Positions 1-7,906 of a DNA stretch of 64,000 nucleotides are shown here, piece by piece. The notes beneath the pieces were generated by a model. The model was not told the DNA's origin and made no database searches. It worked only from the letters and a program-made list of their open reading frames with translations. A program made the position numbers and the translations under genes. Each line of letters opens with the position of its first letter. Positions within the stretch are counted from its first letter, which is position 1. The DNA comes from an uncultured Gammaproteobacteria bacterium (GTDB taxonomy: Bacteria; Patescibacteriota; Patescibacteriia; Magasanikbacterales; GWA2-37-8): NCBI GenBank assembly GCA_964536725.1, contig CAZHYJ010000001.1, positions 53,018 through 117,017 on the forward strand. The letters run 5' to 3'.

Positions 1-42
1 ACTGCATTGTGTGGTGGTGATGAAATCGTTTGTTGTAATTAA
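1..42 (+). CDS. 3' end of an upstream gene with a Cys-rich C-terminal tail (..TALCGGDEIVCCN*), probably another T4SS-pilin-like paralog
   Basis: Frame 1 reads TALCGGDEIVCCN then a stop. The Cys-rich tail resembles the C-terminus of the next gene (..CADKACCKAQ*). Partial at the window edge. Confidence 0.3.
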   Translation, partial: TALCGGDEIVCCN

Positions 43-48
43 TATTTA

Positions 49-549
49 TTGATTATTATGAAAAAATTTCTTTTATTACTATCATTTGGTCTCATTCTTC
101 TCCCTTTTGCTGTCTCTGCCCAATGGGGATCGGCGGGAAGCAAGTTACAAACAGTTGGCAATCAAACCGGTTTGCAGGCTAATCTAGAGACATCTGTTGG
201 TACAATTATCGCCAGCGTATTGGCTTTAGTTGGTACGATATTTTTAATACTCACTGTCTATGCTGGTATCTTGTGGATGACGGCGAGTGGTAGTGAAGAA
301 AAAGTAACTAAAGCAAAAAATATTATTACCGCAGCGATTATCGGTTTGGTAATTACAATGGCTGCTTATGCGATTACCAGTTTTGTAACTAATAGGTTGA
401 GTGGGGGTGGTTCTGTATCAGTGACTGACGCAGCTAGCTGTGCTGCTGCCGGCGGTGTTTGTAGTGTTAATTCTGGATGTACGGATGTATCACCAGATTT
501 AAAACAAATTGGCACTTGTGCTGATAAAGCCTGTTGTAAAGCTCAATAA
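49..549 (+). CDS. T4SS pilin-like protein (TrbC/VirB2-like topology), paralog 1, with a short Cys-rich C-terminal tail
   Basis: Signal peptide then two hydrophobic helices split by the conserved loop ..YAGILWMTASGSEEKVTKAK... The last 40 residues carry 8 Cys. Motif shared with the next three genes. Confidence 0.6.
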   Translation: MIIMKKFLLLLSFGLILLPFAVSAQWGSAGSKLQTVGNQTGLQANLETSVGTIIASVLALVGTIFLILTVYAGILWMTASGSEEKVTKAKNIITAAIIGLVITMAAYAITSFVTNRLSGGGSVSVTDAASCAAAGGVCSVNSGCTDVSPDLKQIGTCADKACCKAQ

Positions 550-566
550 GTTTTTTAATATTTTTT

Positions 567-974
567 ATGAAACTAATAAATAAAATAATATTAAGCATCC
601 TGTTTTCCGTGAGTGTCTTGTTTTTTGCCGCCCCAGTTTTTGCTCAGCCAAAAATCAACGAACTAACCCCTGGTGTGGCGGCTCAGGCGGGGTATAGTAA
701 AAGTGACGCCAGTGAAACTGCACTTTCAGAAAGAGTGGGTGGAATTATCAAAGTGGCGATGACTTTTGTTGGTACAATATTTTTGGTGTTAACTGTCTAC
801 GCTGGGTTTTTGTGGATGACGGCGAGTGGCAATGAAGAGCAAGTTAAAAAAGCAACCGGCATATTGAAAATGGCAGTTATTGGGTTGATTATAGTCTTGG
901 CGGCCTACGGCATTACGACTTTTGTGGTGAATTATATGGTGAGTAATGCACAGGGTACAGTAGTTGGAAAATAA
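567..974 (+). CDS. T4SS pilin-like protein (TrbC/VirB2-like), paralog 2
   Basis: Signal peptide and the conserved core ..LTVYAGFLWMTASGNEEQVKKA.. with two TM helices. Tandem with paralogs 1 and 3. Confidence 0.6.
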   Translation: MKLINKIILSILFSVSVLFFAAPVFAQPKINELTPGVAAQAGYSKSDASETALSERVGGIIKVAMTFVGTIFLVLTVYAGFLWMTASGNEEQVKKATGILKMAVIGLIIVLAAYGITTFVVNYMVSNAQGTVVGK

Positions 975-989
975 TTATCTTTTAATATT

Positions 990-1460
990 ATGCGAAAATT
1001 TTTTGTCTGTTTATCCGTTGCCTTAGTCTTTTTGGGAAGTGCGTTTTTTTTGACGATGGCACAAGCGCAATCTGACACTCAGTCTGAGATTACCAAGCAA
1101 CTGCAGGCAGCTGGCGGGGACAAAGGTGCTGGGTATGGGGTGGCGCAAGATCCACGCTTGATCGCTGCCAACATTGTGCGCACAGCGTTGGAATTTTTGG
1201 GAATAATATTTATCGTTTTGACAATGTATGCTGGGTTTTTGTGGATGACTGCTGGTGGTAATGAAGAAAAAGTAACCAAAGCAAAAACATTATTATTTCA
1301 AGCAGTTATCGGTTTGGCGATTATTCTTGCCGCCTATTCTATCACTTTGATGGTGGTTAGATTGGTCACTGGTAAATGGACAGATTTTGAGAATACGGAC
1401 TATATTATCCAGCAACCAAGAATAGAATGCGGGTTGCCCGGTCAACCACAGTGTCCTTAA
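990..1460 (+). CDS. T4SS pilin-like protein (TrbC/VirB2-like), paralog 3
   Basis: Signal peptide and the conserved core ..LTMYAGFLWMTAGGNEEKVTKAK... The C-terminus has CGLPGQPQCP. Confidence 0.6.
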   Translation: MRKFFVCLSVALVFLGSAFFLTMAQAQSDTQSEITKQLQAAGGDKGAGYGVAQDPRLIAANIVRTALEFLGIIFIVLTMYAGFLWMTAGGNEEKVTKAKTLLFQAVIGLAIILAAYSITLMVVRLVTGKWTDFENTDYIIQQPRIECGLPGQPQCP

Positions 1461-1467
1461 AAAATTA

Positions 1468-1490
1468 CCCTCCTTTAAAAGGAGGGTTTT
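1468..1490 (+). terminator. Rho-independent terminator after pilin paralog 3
   Basis: Hairpin CCCTCCTTTAAAAGGAGGG followed by TTTTGAATTTT. Confidence 0.5.
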
Positions 1491-2640
1491 GAATTTTAGT
1501 ATGTTGAAAAGAATTGGTATATTTTATGTCAACGCTGGTGGTGGTCATAGCGGTACGGCCAAGGCTTTAGCGCGTGAAATTACCGAAAAATATGCCGATA
1601 TTGCCGAGCCTGTTTTGGTTGATGCGGGTGCGAATAGTGGTAGATTTTCCCATTGGATATTGACCAAAGGATATGGGTTATGGACAAACAGCAGTCATTT
1701 TATTTTGCTCTGGTGGATTTTTTATTGGGCGAGCCAATTTTTGTGGGTCAGACGTATTTGGGTGAAAATGTTTCGCAATCAAAAGCATGTGAACAAATTA
1801 GTAAGAGATGGGCGTTTTGATATTGTGATTTCTCTATATTTTTTCATCACTCCACCGTTGGCAAAGGCGGTAAAAAGCATTAGTCCGCAGACGGAAGTTT
1901 GGTCGGTGGTGACCGATCCTTTTACAGTGCCAAAAATTTGGTTTTATGAAAAAAATGTTAAATATTTTGTTTTTTCCGAGTTGGCAAAAAAGATGGCATT
2001 GTCCGAATGTATTGTGGAAGAAAATATTTCAGTAGTGGCGCCGGTGATTAATAATAAATTTTTACAGGCACGTGGATTAGATAAAAATGTGGTGCGAGAA
2101 AAATTGGGTTTACCGTTGGATAAAAAAATAATTTTGGTGGCGGCGGGGGGTGACGGGTTGTTTAATGGAGGTAAGGTTGTTCGAGCGCTAACGAATTTGT
2201 CAGATGATTTTCGGTTGATTGTCGTGTGTGGGCGTGAGCAAAGTTTTCTTGATCAAGTAAATTCGTTAAAAGAAAAGTATCCTGATAAAATATTATGGGC
2301 AATGGGTTTTGCAGAAAATATGGAGGAATTAATGGTGGCAGCCGATCTGGTTGTGGGTAAAGCTGGGCCAGCAGTAGTGTTTGAATCTTTAACGATTGGG
2401 CGTCCATTAGTTTTGACCAATTATATCTGGGGACAAGAAAAAGGCAATCGTGATTTTGTGGTGGAAAACGGTGTGGGGAAGTATGAACCACATACCGACC
2501 GGCTGGCGCAGACGGTGAGTTATTTTTTTGCTAATGAGGCGGAGTACAAAAAAACTATGGAAAAAATTGGAGCACTATCATTCCCAATCGGGACGGATGA
2601 GATATTGGAAAAAATACTAAAAACAAAAGAGGCTGAATAA
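1489..2640 (+). CDS. Family 28 glycosyltransferase (MGDG synthase / UgtP-like diacylglycerol glycosyltransferase)
   Basis: N-terminal ..FYVNAGGGHSGTAKALAREI.. is typical of the MGDG-synthase N-domain. A C-terminal GT28-like domain follows (..VAAGGDGLFNGG.., ..VVGKAGPAVVFESL..). Confidence 0.55.
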   Translation: MNFSMLKRIGIFYVNAGGGHSGTAKALAREITEKYADIAEPVLVDAGANSGRFSHWILTKGYGLWTNSSHFILLWWIFYWASQFLWVRRIWVKMFRNQKHVNKLVRDGRFDIVISLYFFITPPLAKAVKSISPQTEVWSVVTDPFTVPKIWFYEKNVKYFVFSELAKKMALSECIVEENISVVAPVINNKFLQARGLDKNVVREKLGLPLDKKIILVAAGGDGLFNGGKVVRALTNLSDDFRLIVVCGREQSFLDQVNSLKEKYPDKILWAMGFAENMEELMVAADLVVGKAGPAVVFESLTIGRPLVLTNYIWGQEKGNRDFVVENGVGKYEPHTDRLAQTVSYFFANEAEYKKTMEKIGALSFPIGTDEILEKILKTKEAE

Positions 2641-2668
2641 AATCAGTCTCTTTTTTGAAAATCCGGGT

Positions 2669-2744
2669 GGGGGTGTCCTACGGGAGTTGAACCCGTTTTG
2701 TCGGTTCCACAAACCGACGTAATAACCGTTATACCAAGGACACC
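2669..2744 (-). tRNA. tRNA-His (anticodon GTG)
   Basis: Hand-folded cloverleaf. Extra G(-1) paired to discriminator C; anticodon loop TTGTGGA; T-arm ACGGG-TTCAACT-CCCGT; CCA encoded. Confidence 0.85.
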
Positions 2745-2838
2745 CCTACCAGGACTTTGTTGCAGTTCTGATTATATCGCATTATGTATTTTTTTTCAAC
2801 TGTCTGTGCTTCGCAGCGCCGTAGCTTTAGCGAAGGTG

Positions 2839-2910
2839 TGCCCCCAGTAGGAATCGAACCTACAACTCAACCTTAGAAGGGTCGTGTTTTATCCATTAAA
2901 CTATAAGGGC
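2839..2910 (-). tRNA. tRNA-Arg (anticodon TCT)
   Basis: Hand-folded. Acceptor GCCCTTA/TGGGGGC with G-U pairs; anticodon stem CGACC/GGTTG; loop CTTCTAA; T-arm GTAGG-TTCGATT-CCTAC. Confidence 0.85.
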
Positions 2911-2937
2911 AATTCAACAAGAGGATTATATTGTATT

Positions 2938-2966
2938 TTTACAAATAAATCAAGTTATGGTATTAT
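2938..2966 (+). promoter_or_regulatory. Sigma70-like promoter for pilin paralog 4 (-35 TTTACA, 17-nt spacer, extended -10 TGgTATTAT)
   Basis: The hexamers are seen directly; the start codon lies about 30 nt downstream. Confidence 0.45.
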
Positions 2967-2994
2967 TTAGAGGTAAATAAAAGTTATAACCTGT

Positions 2995-4071
2995 ATGAAA
3001 AAATGTTTTCTTCTAATTTTGCCGTTATTTTTATTGACGGTTTTTTTGTTTGGTTTAGCGCCGGTTAGTGCGCAAAATTTTGGATTAGAGGTGACGGGTG
3101 CTAAGGCAGGTTACAATAAAACCGACACGCCGGAGTCTATAACAACAACTGTTATAAATTCTGCACTGGCTTTGGTGTACATCGCTTTTTTTATCTTAGT
3201 ACTATACGCGGGTATTCGCTGGATGACGGCCCAGGGCAATGAAGAGCACGTTACTAAGGCAAAAAACATATTAGAAGCAGCGATTATTGGTGTAGTGATT
3301 ATCTCTGCGGCTTATGCGATTACGAATTTCATATTAGGCAAGGTAGGAGCGAATGGTGGAGGGGGTGGAGGTGGTGAGCCAACTATTCCTAGCGTATGTT
3401 CCGGTCCATCACTTGTTTGCTATGATTTGTCTCAGTGTGCTACGGCGGGCGGTGAAGAAGTATCAGGAAAAACCTGTGCTGGTTCTGATGAGATTTGTTG
3501 TGATATTGGTACTGGAGAAAGCACTGATATTTGTGAGTCTGATTCGGATTGTGGAGAGCAGCATTCCTGTTATTATAGTAAATGCAGACTGAAGTGTGGT
3601 AGTAATAATGATTGTGAAGATGATCAGGATTGTACAGGGGGTGTTTGTATAGAAAGTGTTGATAAGTGTGCGATAGCGAATTGTGATTCTAATCAAAATT
3701 GTGATCCAGAGACAGGCGCTTGTACTTACAAAACAGGTTGTTGCTTGACAGGTTGTACCGTGCAAACAAGTGATAAATGTTCAGGAAATTTTGCTCCAGA
3801 CAAACAGTGTTCCGAAGTGATAGGTTGTGGTTTGTCTAATTGTCAGCCAAATAATGCTGGATTAATTAGTTTTTGTAAAAAACAAGAAGTGAAAGACGAT
3901 TTTGGGCTTGTGGTATGTAAAACGGGCAATGAGACTTATTGTTTTTCTGGTATGCAAAAAGAGTGTTTACCAAATTCTTCGTTTAACCTAAATACTTTTT
4001 GTGCAGCGCGGGGACAGAGCACCTGTGATATTGGGTTTGGTGATCCTTCGATCTGTATTTGGAAATATTAA
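2995..4071 (+). CDS. T4SS pilin-like protein (paralog 4) fused to a roughly 230-aa hyper-cysteine-rich C-terminal domain
   Basis: The N-terminal 120 aa match paralogs 1-3 (..LYAGIRWMTAQGNEEHVTKAK..). A GGGGGGGG linker follows, then about 50 Cys in repeated 4-Cys units (C-x5-C-x5-C-x4-C). Confidence 0.6.
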   Translation: MKKCFLLILPLFLLTVFLFGLAPVSAQNFGLEVTGAKAGYNKTDTPESITTTVINSALALVYIAFFILVLYAGIRWMTAQGNEEHVTKAKNILEAAIIGVVIISAAYAITNFILGKVGANGGGGGGGEPTIPSVCSGPSLVCYDLSQCATAGGEEVSGKTCAGSDEICCDIGTGESTDICESDSDCGEQHSCYYSKCRLKCGSNNDCEDDQDCTGGVCIESVDKCAIANCDSNQNCDPETGACTYKTGCCLTGCTVQTSDKCSGNFAPDKQCSEVIGCGLSNCQPNNAGLISFCKKQEVKDDFGLVVCKTGNETYCFSGMQKECLPNSSFNLNTFCAARGQSTCDIGFGDPSICIWKY

Positions 4072-4088
4072 TTGTGTTGAGGTGCCCA

Positions 4089-4117
4089 TTGACACTTTCC
4101 CCATTTTCCGCTATAGT
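4089..4117 (+). promoter_or_regulatory. Near-consensus sigma70 promoter (TTGACA-17-TATAGT) upstream of rpsO
   Basis: TTGACA at 4089-4094, 17-nt spacer, TATAGT at 4112-4117. A GC-rich structured leader follows. Confidence 0.55.
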
Positions 4118-4199
4118 ATCCCCATAATTATTCCCGTTTAATCGGGGCCGAACCCTGCCGGACATGCCCGGAATGCGCTCGGTTAACAATATCGCATGT

Positions 4200-4568
4200 A
4201 TGTTAGACATCAAAAAGAAACAGCAAATTATCAAGAAATTCCAGACCCATGCTGGGGATACTGGTTCGAGCGAGGTTCAAATCGCCATTTTAACCTCAGA
4301 AATCGATGAATTGATCGAACACTTGAAGAGCCATCACAAAGATCATTCTTCTCGTCGTGGTTTACTTCGTAAGGTTAGTACTCGTCGTCGTCTGATGCGT
4401 TATCTAAAGAAAGATAACCCAGAAAGCTACGAAATTATCGCTAAAAAATTAAAAATCAAACAACCTCGTACAATTACCAAGTTAGATGCTTCTGGTAAAG
4501 AAGTCGCTGAAATTGAAGATTTAGAAGAGGTTGACATAGTGGAGGAAAAAGATGGAATTAAAGAATAA
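4200..4568 (+). CDS. rpsO: 30S ribosomal protein S15 with an acidic C-terminal extension
   Basis: MLDIKKKQQIIKKFQTHAGDTGSSEVQIAILT...HHKDHSSRRGLLRKVSTRRRLMRYL aligns with the S15 family. The ORF continues upstream to 4164, but the S15 alignment begins at M4200. Confidence 0.85.
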   Translation: MLDIKKKQQIIKKFQTHAGDTGSSEVQIAILTSEIDELIEHLKSHHKDHSSRRGLLRKVSTRRRLMRYLKKDNPESYEIIAKKLKIKQPRTITKLDASGKEVAEIEDLEEVDIVEEKDGIKE

Positions 4569-5166
4569 AAAAAATCATCCTTTAAAACACCCCGAACAAC
4601 GCGTTGGGGTGTTTATTGATGTACAAAATATGTACTATAGTGCCAAAAACTTGTTTGGTGCTAAAGTAAATTTTGGTAATATCGTGAAAGAGGCAATTGG
4701 TGGTCGGAAGCTTATCCGTGCCATTGCCTATGTGGTTCGAACTGAAGGTAAAGAAGAGCAACCTTTTTTTGACGCTCTCTACAACCTGGGTATCGAAACC
4801 AAAGAACGTCCACTGCAGATTTTCTACGGTGGCGAGAAGAAAGCCGACTGGGACGTGGGTTTGACAGTGGATGCGATTCGGCTGTCTTCCAGTTTAGATG
4901 CAGTGATTTTAGTATCGGGTGATGGTGACTATTTGCCGTTAGTCGAATATTTGAAATTTAATCAAGGCAAACAAGTAGAGGTATTGGCATTTGGCCAAAC
5001 TACTTCTGCGCGTTTGAAAGAGGCAGTGGATGACTTTGTGGATTTGGCTGAAGAAAAAGGCAAGTTTTTAATCTCTGACAGTCGTCCACAGGCAGTGCGT
5101 CCGATGGTGCGCCCAACAATGCCGCGCCCAATCGCTCGGCCGATGTTACGACCCAAGAAATTTTAA
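4552..5166 (+). CDS. NYN-domain (LabA-like, PIN-like) protein inserted between rpsO and pnp
   Basis: ..VGVFIDVQNMYYS.. and ..AVILVSGDGDYLPLVEYLK.. are characteristic NYN/LabA motifs. A Pro/Arg-rich tail follows. Confidence 0.7.
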   Translation: MELKNKKNHPLKHPEQRVGVFIDVQNMYYSAKNLFGAKVNFGNIVKEAIGGRKLIRAIAYVVRTEGKEEQPFFDALYNLGIETKERPLQIFYGGEKKADWDVGLTVDAIRLSSSLDAVILVSGDGDYLPLVEYLKFNQGKQVEVLAFGQTTSARLKEAVDDFVDLAEEKGKFLISDSRPQAVRPMVRPTMPRPIARPMLRPKKF

Positions 5167-5175
5167 GGATAGATC

Positions 5176-5211
5176 GCTAAACTTTTTAAAAAGAGTTTAG
5201 CACTTTATTTT
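5176..5211 (+). terminator. Perfect 8-bp hairpin (GCTAAACT-N10-AGTTTAGC) with a T-rich tail after the rpsO-NYN unit
   Basis: The hairpin is followed by ACTTTATTTTTAAG. It lies in the rpsO-pnp intergenic region, where E. coli has a terminator and an RNase III site. Confidence 0.45.
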
Positions 5212-5225
5212 TAAGCGAAGTGAGT

Positions 5226-5250
5226 GAAATGAAAATTTTATTTTCATTTC
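5226..5250 (+). promoter_or_regulatory. AT-rich perfect palindrome (GAAATGAAAAT-TTT-ATTTTCATTTC) in the pnp leader
   Basis: Seen directly. It lies about 115 nt upstream of the likely pnp start. Candidate RNase III or autoregulatory hairpin, by analogy only. Confidence 0.3.
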
Positions 5251-5365
5251 CGAACGAGCGCAAAAAATATAAACTTTAGTTTTTATTCTTAAGAAGATGG
5301 TTTGCGGACAAAGAGACCACTTATCTGGTCTTGTGCGCGCGAATCATCTTCAGGAAAGGACATTT

Positions 5366-7576
5366 ATGAATGTCAAAAATTGGTCAATGGAATGGGGCGG
5401 AAGAACCCTTTCTGTTGAGGTAGGAAAATTGGCTTTACAGACCAATTCTTCTTGTGTAGTGCGTTACGGCGACACGGTTATTTTGGCAACTGCCAATATG
5501 AGTCGTCAAACTCGTGATGGGATTGATTTTTTCCCACTCATGGTGAACTTTGAAGAAAAGTTATACGCTGCGGGAAAAATTAAAGGCAGTCGGTTTATCA
5601 AACGCGAAGGTCGACCAACGGAGGATGCAATTTTGTCCGCTCGTTTGGTTGATCGTTCAATTCGTCCGTTGTTTGACGAACGCATGCGTAATGACGTGCA
5701 GGTTATTTTGACTGCGCTGTCATATGATATGGAAAACGATCCACAGGTGCCAGCTTTGGTGGCGGCAGCTTTGGCGCTGACTATTTCCTCTATTCCTTGG
5801 AAGGGAAATTTGGCTGGTGCTCGCGTCGGTCGCATTGATGGTAAATTAATTTTAAACCCCAGTTTGTTGGAGCGTGCTAAAAGTGATTTCGATGTTGTCG
5901 TAGCGGGTAATCCAGACAAAGTGGTAATGGTAGAAGCAGCTTGTAATGATATTCCTGACGCCGAGGTTATTGCCGCAATGAAATTTGGTGCGGAGAACCT
6001 GCTTCCAGTTTTGGATTTTATTACCAAAATTCAAAAAGAGATTGGTCAAACAAAGATTGATATTGAAGAATTGTTAAAGAGTGAATTTGAAGTGGCAATC
6101 AATTTGTGGGAGAAGGATGTTGAAAGTTTTATCGCTAGTAAAGTAGATGAATGGATGTTTGATGCACCAAAAATTAACCGCGCAGAACGTGTGGTGATGG
6201 TAGATCGATTTACTGATGCTGCCAAAGAGCTAATGGTGGCTAAAGAAGCTGACGCCGCAGTGCAGAAGGTGATTTTGAGCCGCATAAAAATTTATGTGGA
6301 GAAATTTATCACTAAAAGAATTTTAGACAAAAAGCAGCGTTTGGATGGTCGTCGTTTAGACCAAGTACGTAATTTAGAAGTGGAGACTGGTTTGTTACCA
6401 CGCGTTCATGGTTCTGGTATGTTTATGCGTGGTGATACTCAAGTTTTATCGATCGTAACTTTGGGTGCTCCTGGTGATGTGCAAACTCTAGACTCAATGG
6501 AAGAAGAGGGCACAAAACGCTATATGCACCACTATAATGACACTCCCGCCACTTATGGTGAGACCGGTCCGTTACGTGGTCCAGGGAACCGTGCAATCGG
6601 CCACGGAGCGTTAGCGGAGAAGGCATTGGAGCCAGTGTTGCCTTCGGAGATTGATTTCCCTTATACGATTCGTATTGTATCTGAAGTATTAGGCTCGAAC
6701 GGTTCGAGTTCGATGGCCTCGACCTGTGGATCGTCCCTGGCTTTGATGGATGCTGGCGTGCCGCTTAAAAAAGCGGTGGCTGGTATTGCGATGGGTTTGG
6801 CCAGTGAACCAAATGGTCGCTATGAGATTATCACTGACTTACAAGATGTAGAAGACGGACCAGGTGGAATGGATTTCAAAATTACTGGTACTAAAGATGG
6901 CGTGACCGCAATACAGATGGACACCAAAACCGATGGTTTGTCTTGGGAGATTGTTGATACCACTTTCAGTCGTTCACGTACCGCCCGTTTGGAAATTTTA
7001 GAAGCGATGGGCAAAGTTATGCCAACACATCGTGCTGAATTGTCCAAATATGCCCCACGCATCGTGGTAATCAATATTGACCCAGAAAAGATCCGCGATG
7101 TTATCGGTCCAGGCGGCAAGATGATCAACAAGATTATCGCCGAGACTGGTGTGTCAATTGATATTGAACAAGATGGTCGAGTATTTGTTACTTCGAGTGA
7201 TGCGGTTGGAATGGAAAAGGCGATTAAATGGGTTAATGATTTAACTCGTGAGCCTGCAGCTGGTGAAATCTTTGAAGGCACAGTTGTTCGTATGGAGGAC
7301 TTTGGTGCTTTTATCAATATTTTGCCTGGTAAGGATGGTATGGTGCATGTGAGTGATATCGCTTGGGCACGTACTAACAAGCCAAGTGATGTGATGAAGC
7401 TTGGCGACAAAGTAAAAGTACAAGTAAAAGAAGTGGATAATTTAGGTCGGGTGAATTTGAGTATGAAATCTCTGTTGCCTCGTCCTGAAGGATACGTTGA
7501 GCAGCCACGTCCAGAGCGTAGTTCCGGCGGTAGCCGGGGTGGGTTTGGTGGACGCAGTGGAGGCGGACATCGTTAA
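5366..7576 (+). CDS. pnp: Polynucleotide phosphorylase (PNPase)
   Basis: Two RNase PH domains, then KH and S1 domains (..GPGGKMINKI.., ..GTVVRMEDFGAFINILPGKDGMVHVSDI..), and a Gly/Arg-rich tail. The ORF is open from 5297; the likely start is M5366 (MNVKNW..). Confidence 0.9.
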   Translation: MNVKNWSMEWGGRTLSVEVGKLALQTNSSCVVRYGDTVILATANMSRQTRDGIDFFPLMVNFEEKLYAAGKIKGSRFIKREGRPTEDAILSARLVDRSIRPLFDERMRNDVQVILTALSYDMENDPQVPALVAAALALTISSIPWKGNLAGARVGRIDGKLILNPSLLERAKSDFDVVVAGNPDKVVMVEAACNDIPDAEVIAAMKFGAENLLPVLDFITKIQKEIGQTKIDIEELLKSEFEVAINLWEKDVESFIASKVDEWMFDAPKINRAERVVMVDRFTDAAKELMVAKEADAAVQKVILSRIKIYVEKFITKRILDKKQRLDGRRLDQVRNLEVETGLLPRVHGSGMFMRGDTQVLSIVTLGAPGDVQTLDSMEEEGTKRYMHHYNDTPATYGETGPLRGPGNRAIGHGALAEKALEPVLPSEIDFPYTIRIVSEVLGSNGSSSMASTCGSSLALMDAGVPLKKAVAGIAMGLASEPNGRYEIITDLQDVEDGPGGMDFKITGTKDGVTAIQMDTKTDGLSWEIVDTTFSRSRTARLEILEAMGKVMPTHRAELSKYAPRIVVINIDPEKIRDVIGPGGKMINKIIAETGVSIDIEQDGRVFVTSSDAVGMEKAIKWVNDLTREPAAGEIFEGTVVRMEDFGAFINILPGKDGMVHVSDIAWARTNKPSDVMKLGDKVKVQVKEVDNLGRVNLSMKSLLPRPEGYVEQPRPERSSGGSRGGFGGRSGGGHR

Positions 7577-7592
7577 AAATATCTAAACAAAA

Positions 7593-7624
7593 ATATGCCG
7601 ATTAAAAACCGGCATATTTTTTAT
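7593..7624 (+). terminator. Rho-independent terminator after pnp
   Basis: ATATGCCG-ATTAAAAAC-CGGCATAT followed by TTTTTTATT. Confidence 0.6.
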
Positions 7625-7640
7625 TAACAGTCGAGTGGAG

Positions 7641-7668
7641 TTGACTTTTGGGGTGGATAATATATAAT
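7641..7668 (+). promoter_or_regulatory. Promoter for tRNA-Gly(TCC) (TTGACT-16-TATAAT)
   Basis: The hexamers are seen directly; the tRNA starts about 13 nt after the -10 element. Confidence 0.5.
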
Positions 7669-7680
7669 ACTAGCGCTTTT

Positions 7681-7752
7681 GCGGGTGTCGTATAATGGCT
7701 ATTATCCCAGTTTTCCAAACTGGTGACACGGGTTCGATTCCCGTTACCCGCT
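7681..7752 (+). tRNA. tRNA-Gly (anticodon TCC)
   Basis: Acceptor GCGGGTG/TACCCGC; anticodon stem CCAGT/ACTGG; loop TTTCCAA; T-arm ACGGG-TTCGATT-CCCGT. Confidence 0.85.
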
Positions 7753-7782
7753 CTTAGATGGCCAATAAACAGAGGGTCGACT

Positions 7783-7812
7783 TGACATTTTTGTTCAAAA
7801 AATATATATTAT
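7783..7812 (+). promoter_or_regulatory. Promoter for tRNA-Gly(GCC) (TTGACA, then TATTAT after about 18 nt)
   Basis: TTGACA at 7783-7788; an AT-rich -10 candidate at 7807-7812. Confidence 0.4.
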
Positions 7813-7832
7813 AAGTCGTCAAATAAAACTTG

Positions 7833-7906
7833 CGGGTATAGTATAACGGCTATTATGCGTCCTTGCCAAGGACGAGTCACGGGTTCGACTCCCGTTACCC
7901 GCTCCA
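7833..7906 (+). tRNA. tRNA-Gly (anticodon GCC), CCA encoded. Its 3' end overlaps the 3' end of the serine recombinase gene on the opposite strand.
   Basis: Acceptor GCGGGTA/TACCCGC; anticodon stem CGTCC/GGACG; loop TTGCCAA; T-arm ACGGG-TTCGACT-CCCGT; then TCCA. Confidence 0.85.

Noticed and set aside
3353-3765. ORFs 3353-3592 (+) and 3463-3765 (-) inside the Cys-rich region of pilin paralog 4.
   Set aside because: They are alternative frames of the repetitive Cys-codon-rich (TGT/TGC) sequence, and the main frame is continuous with the pilin core.
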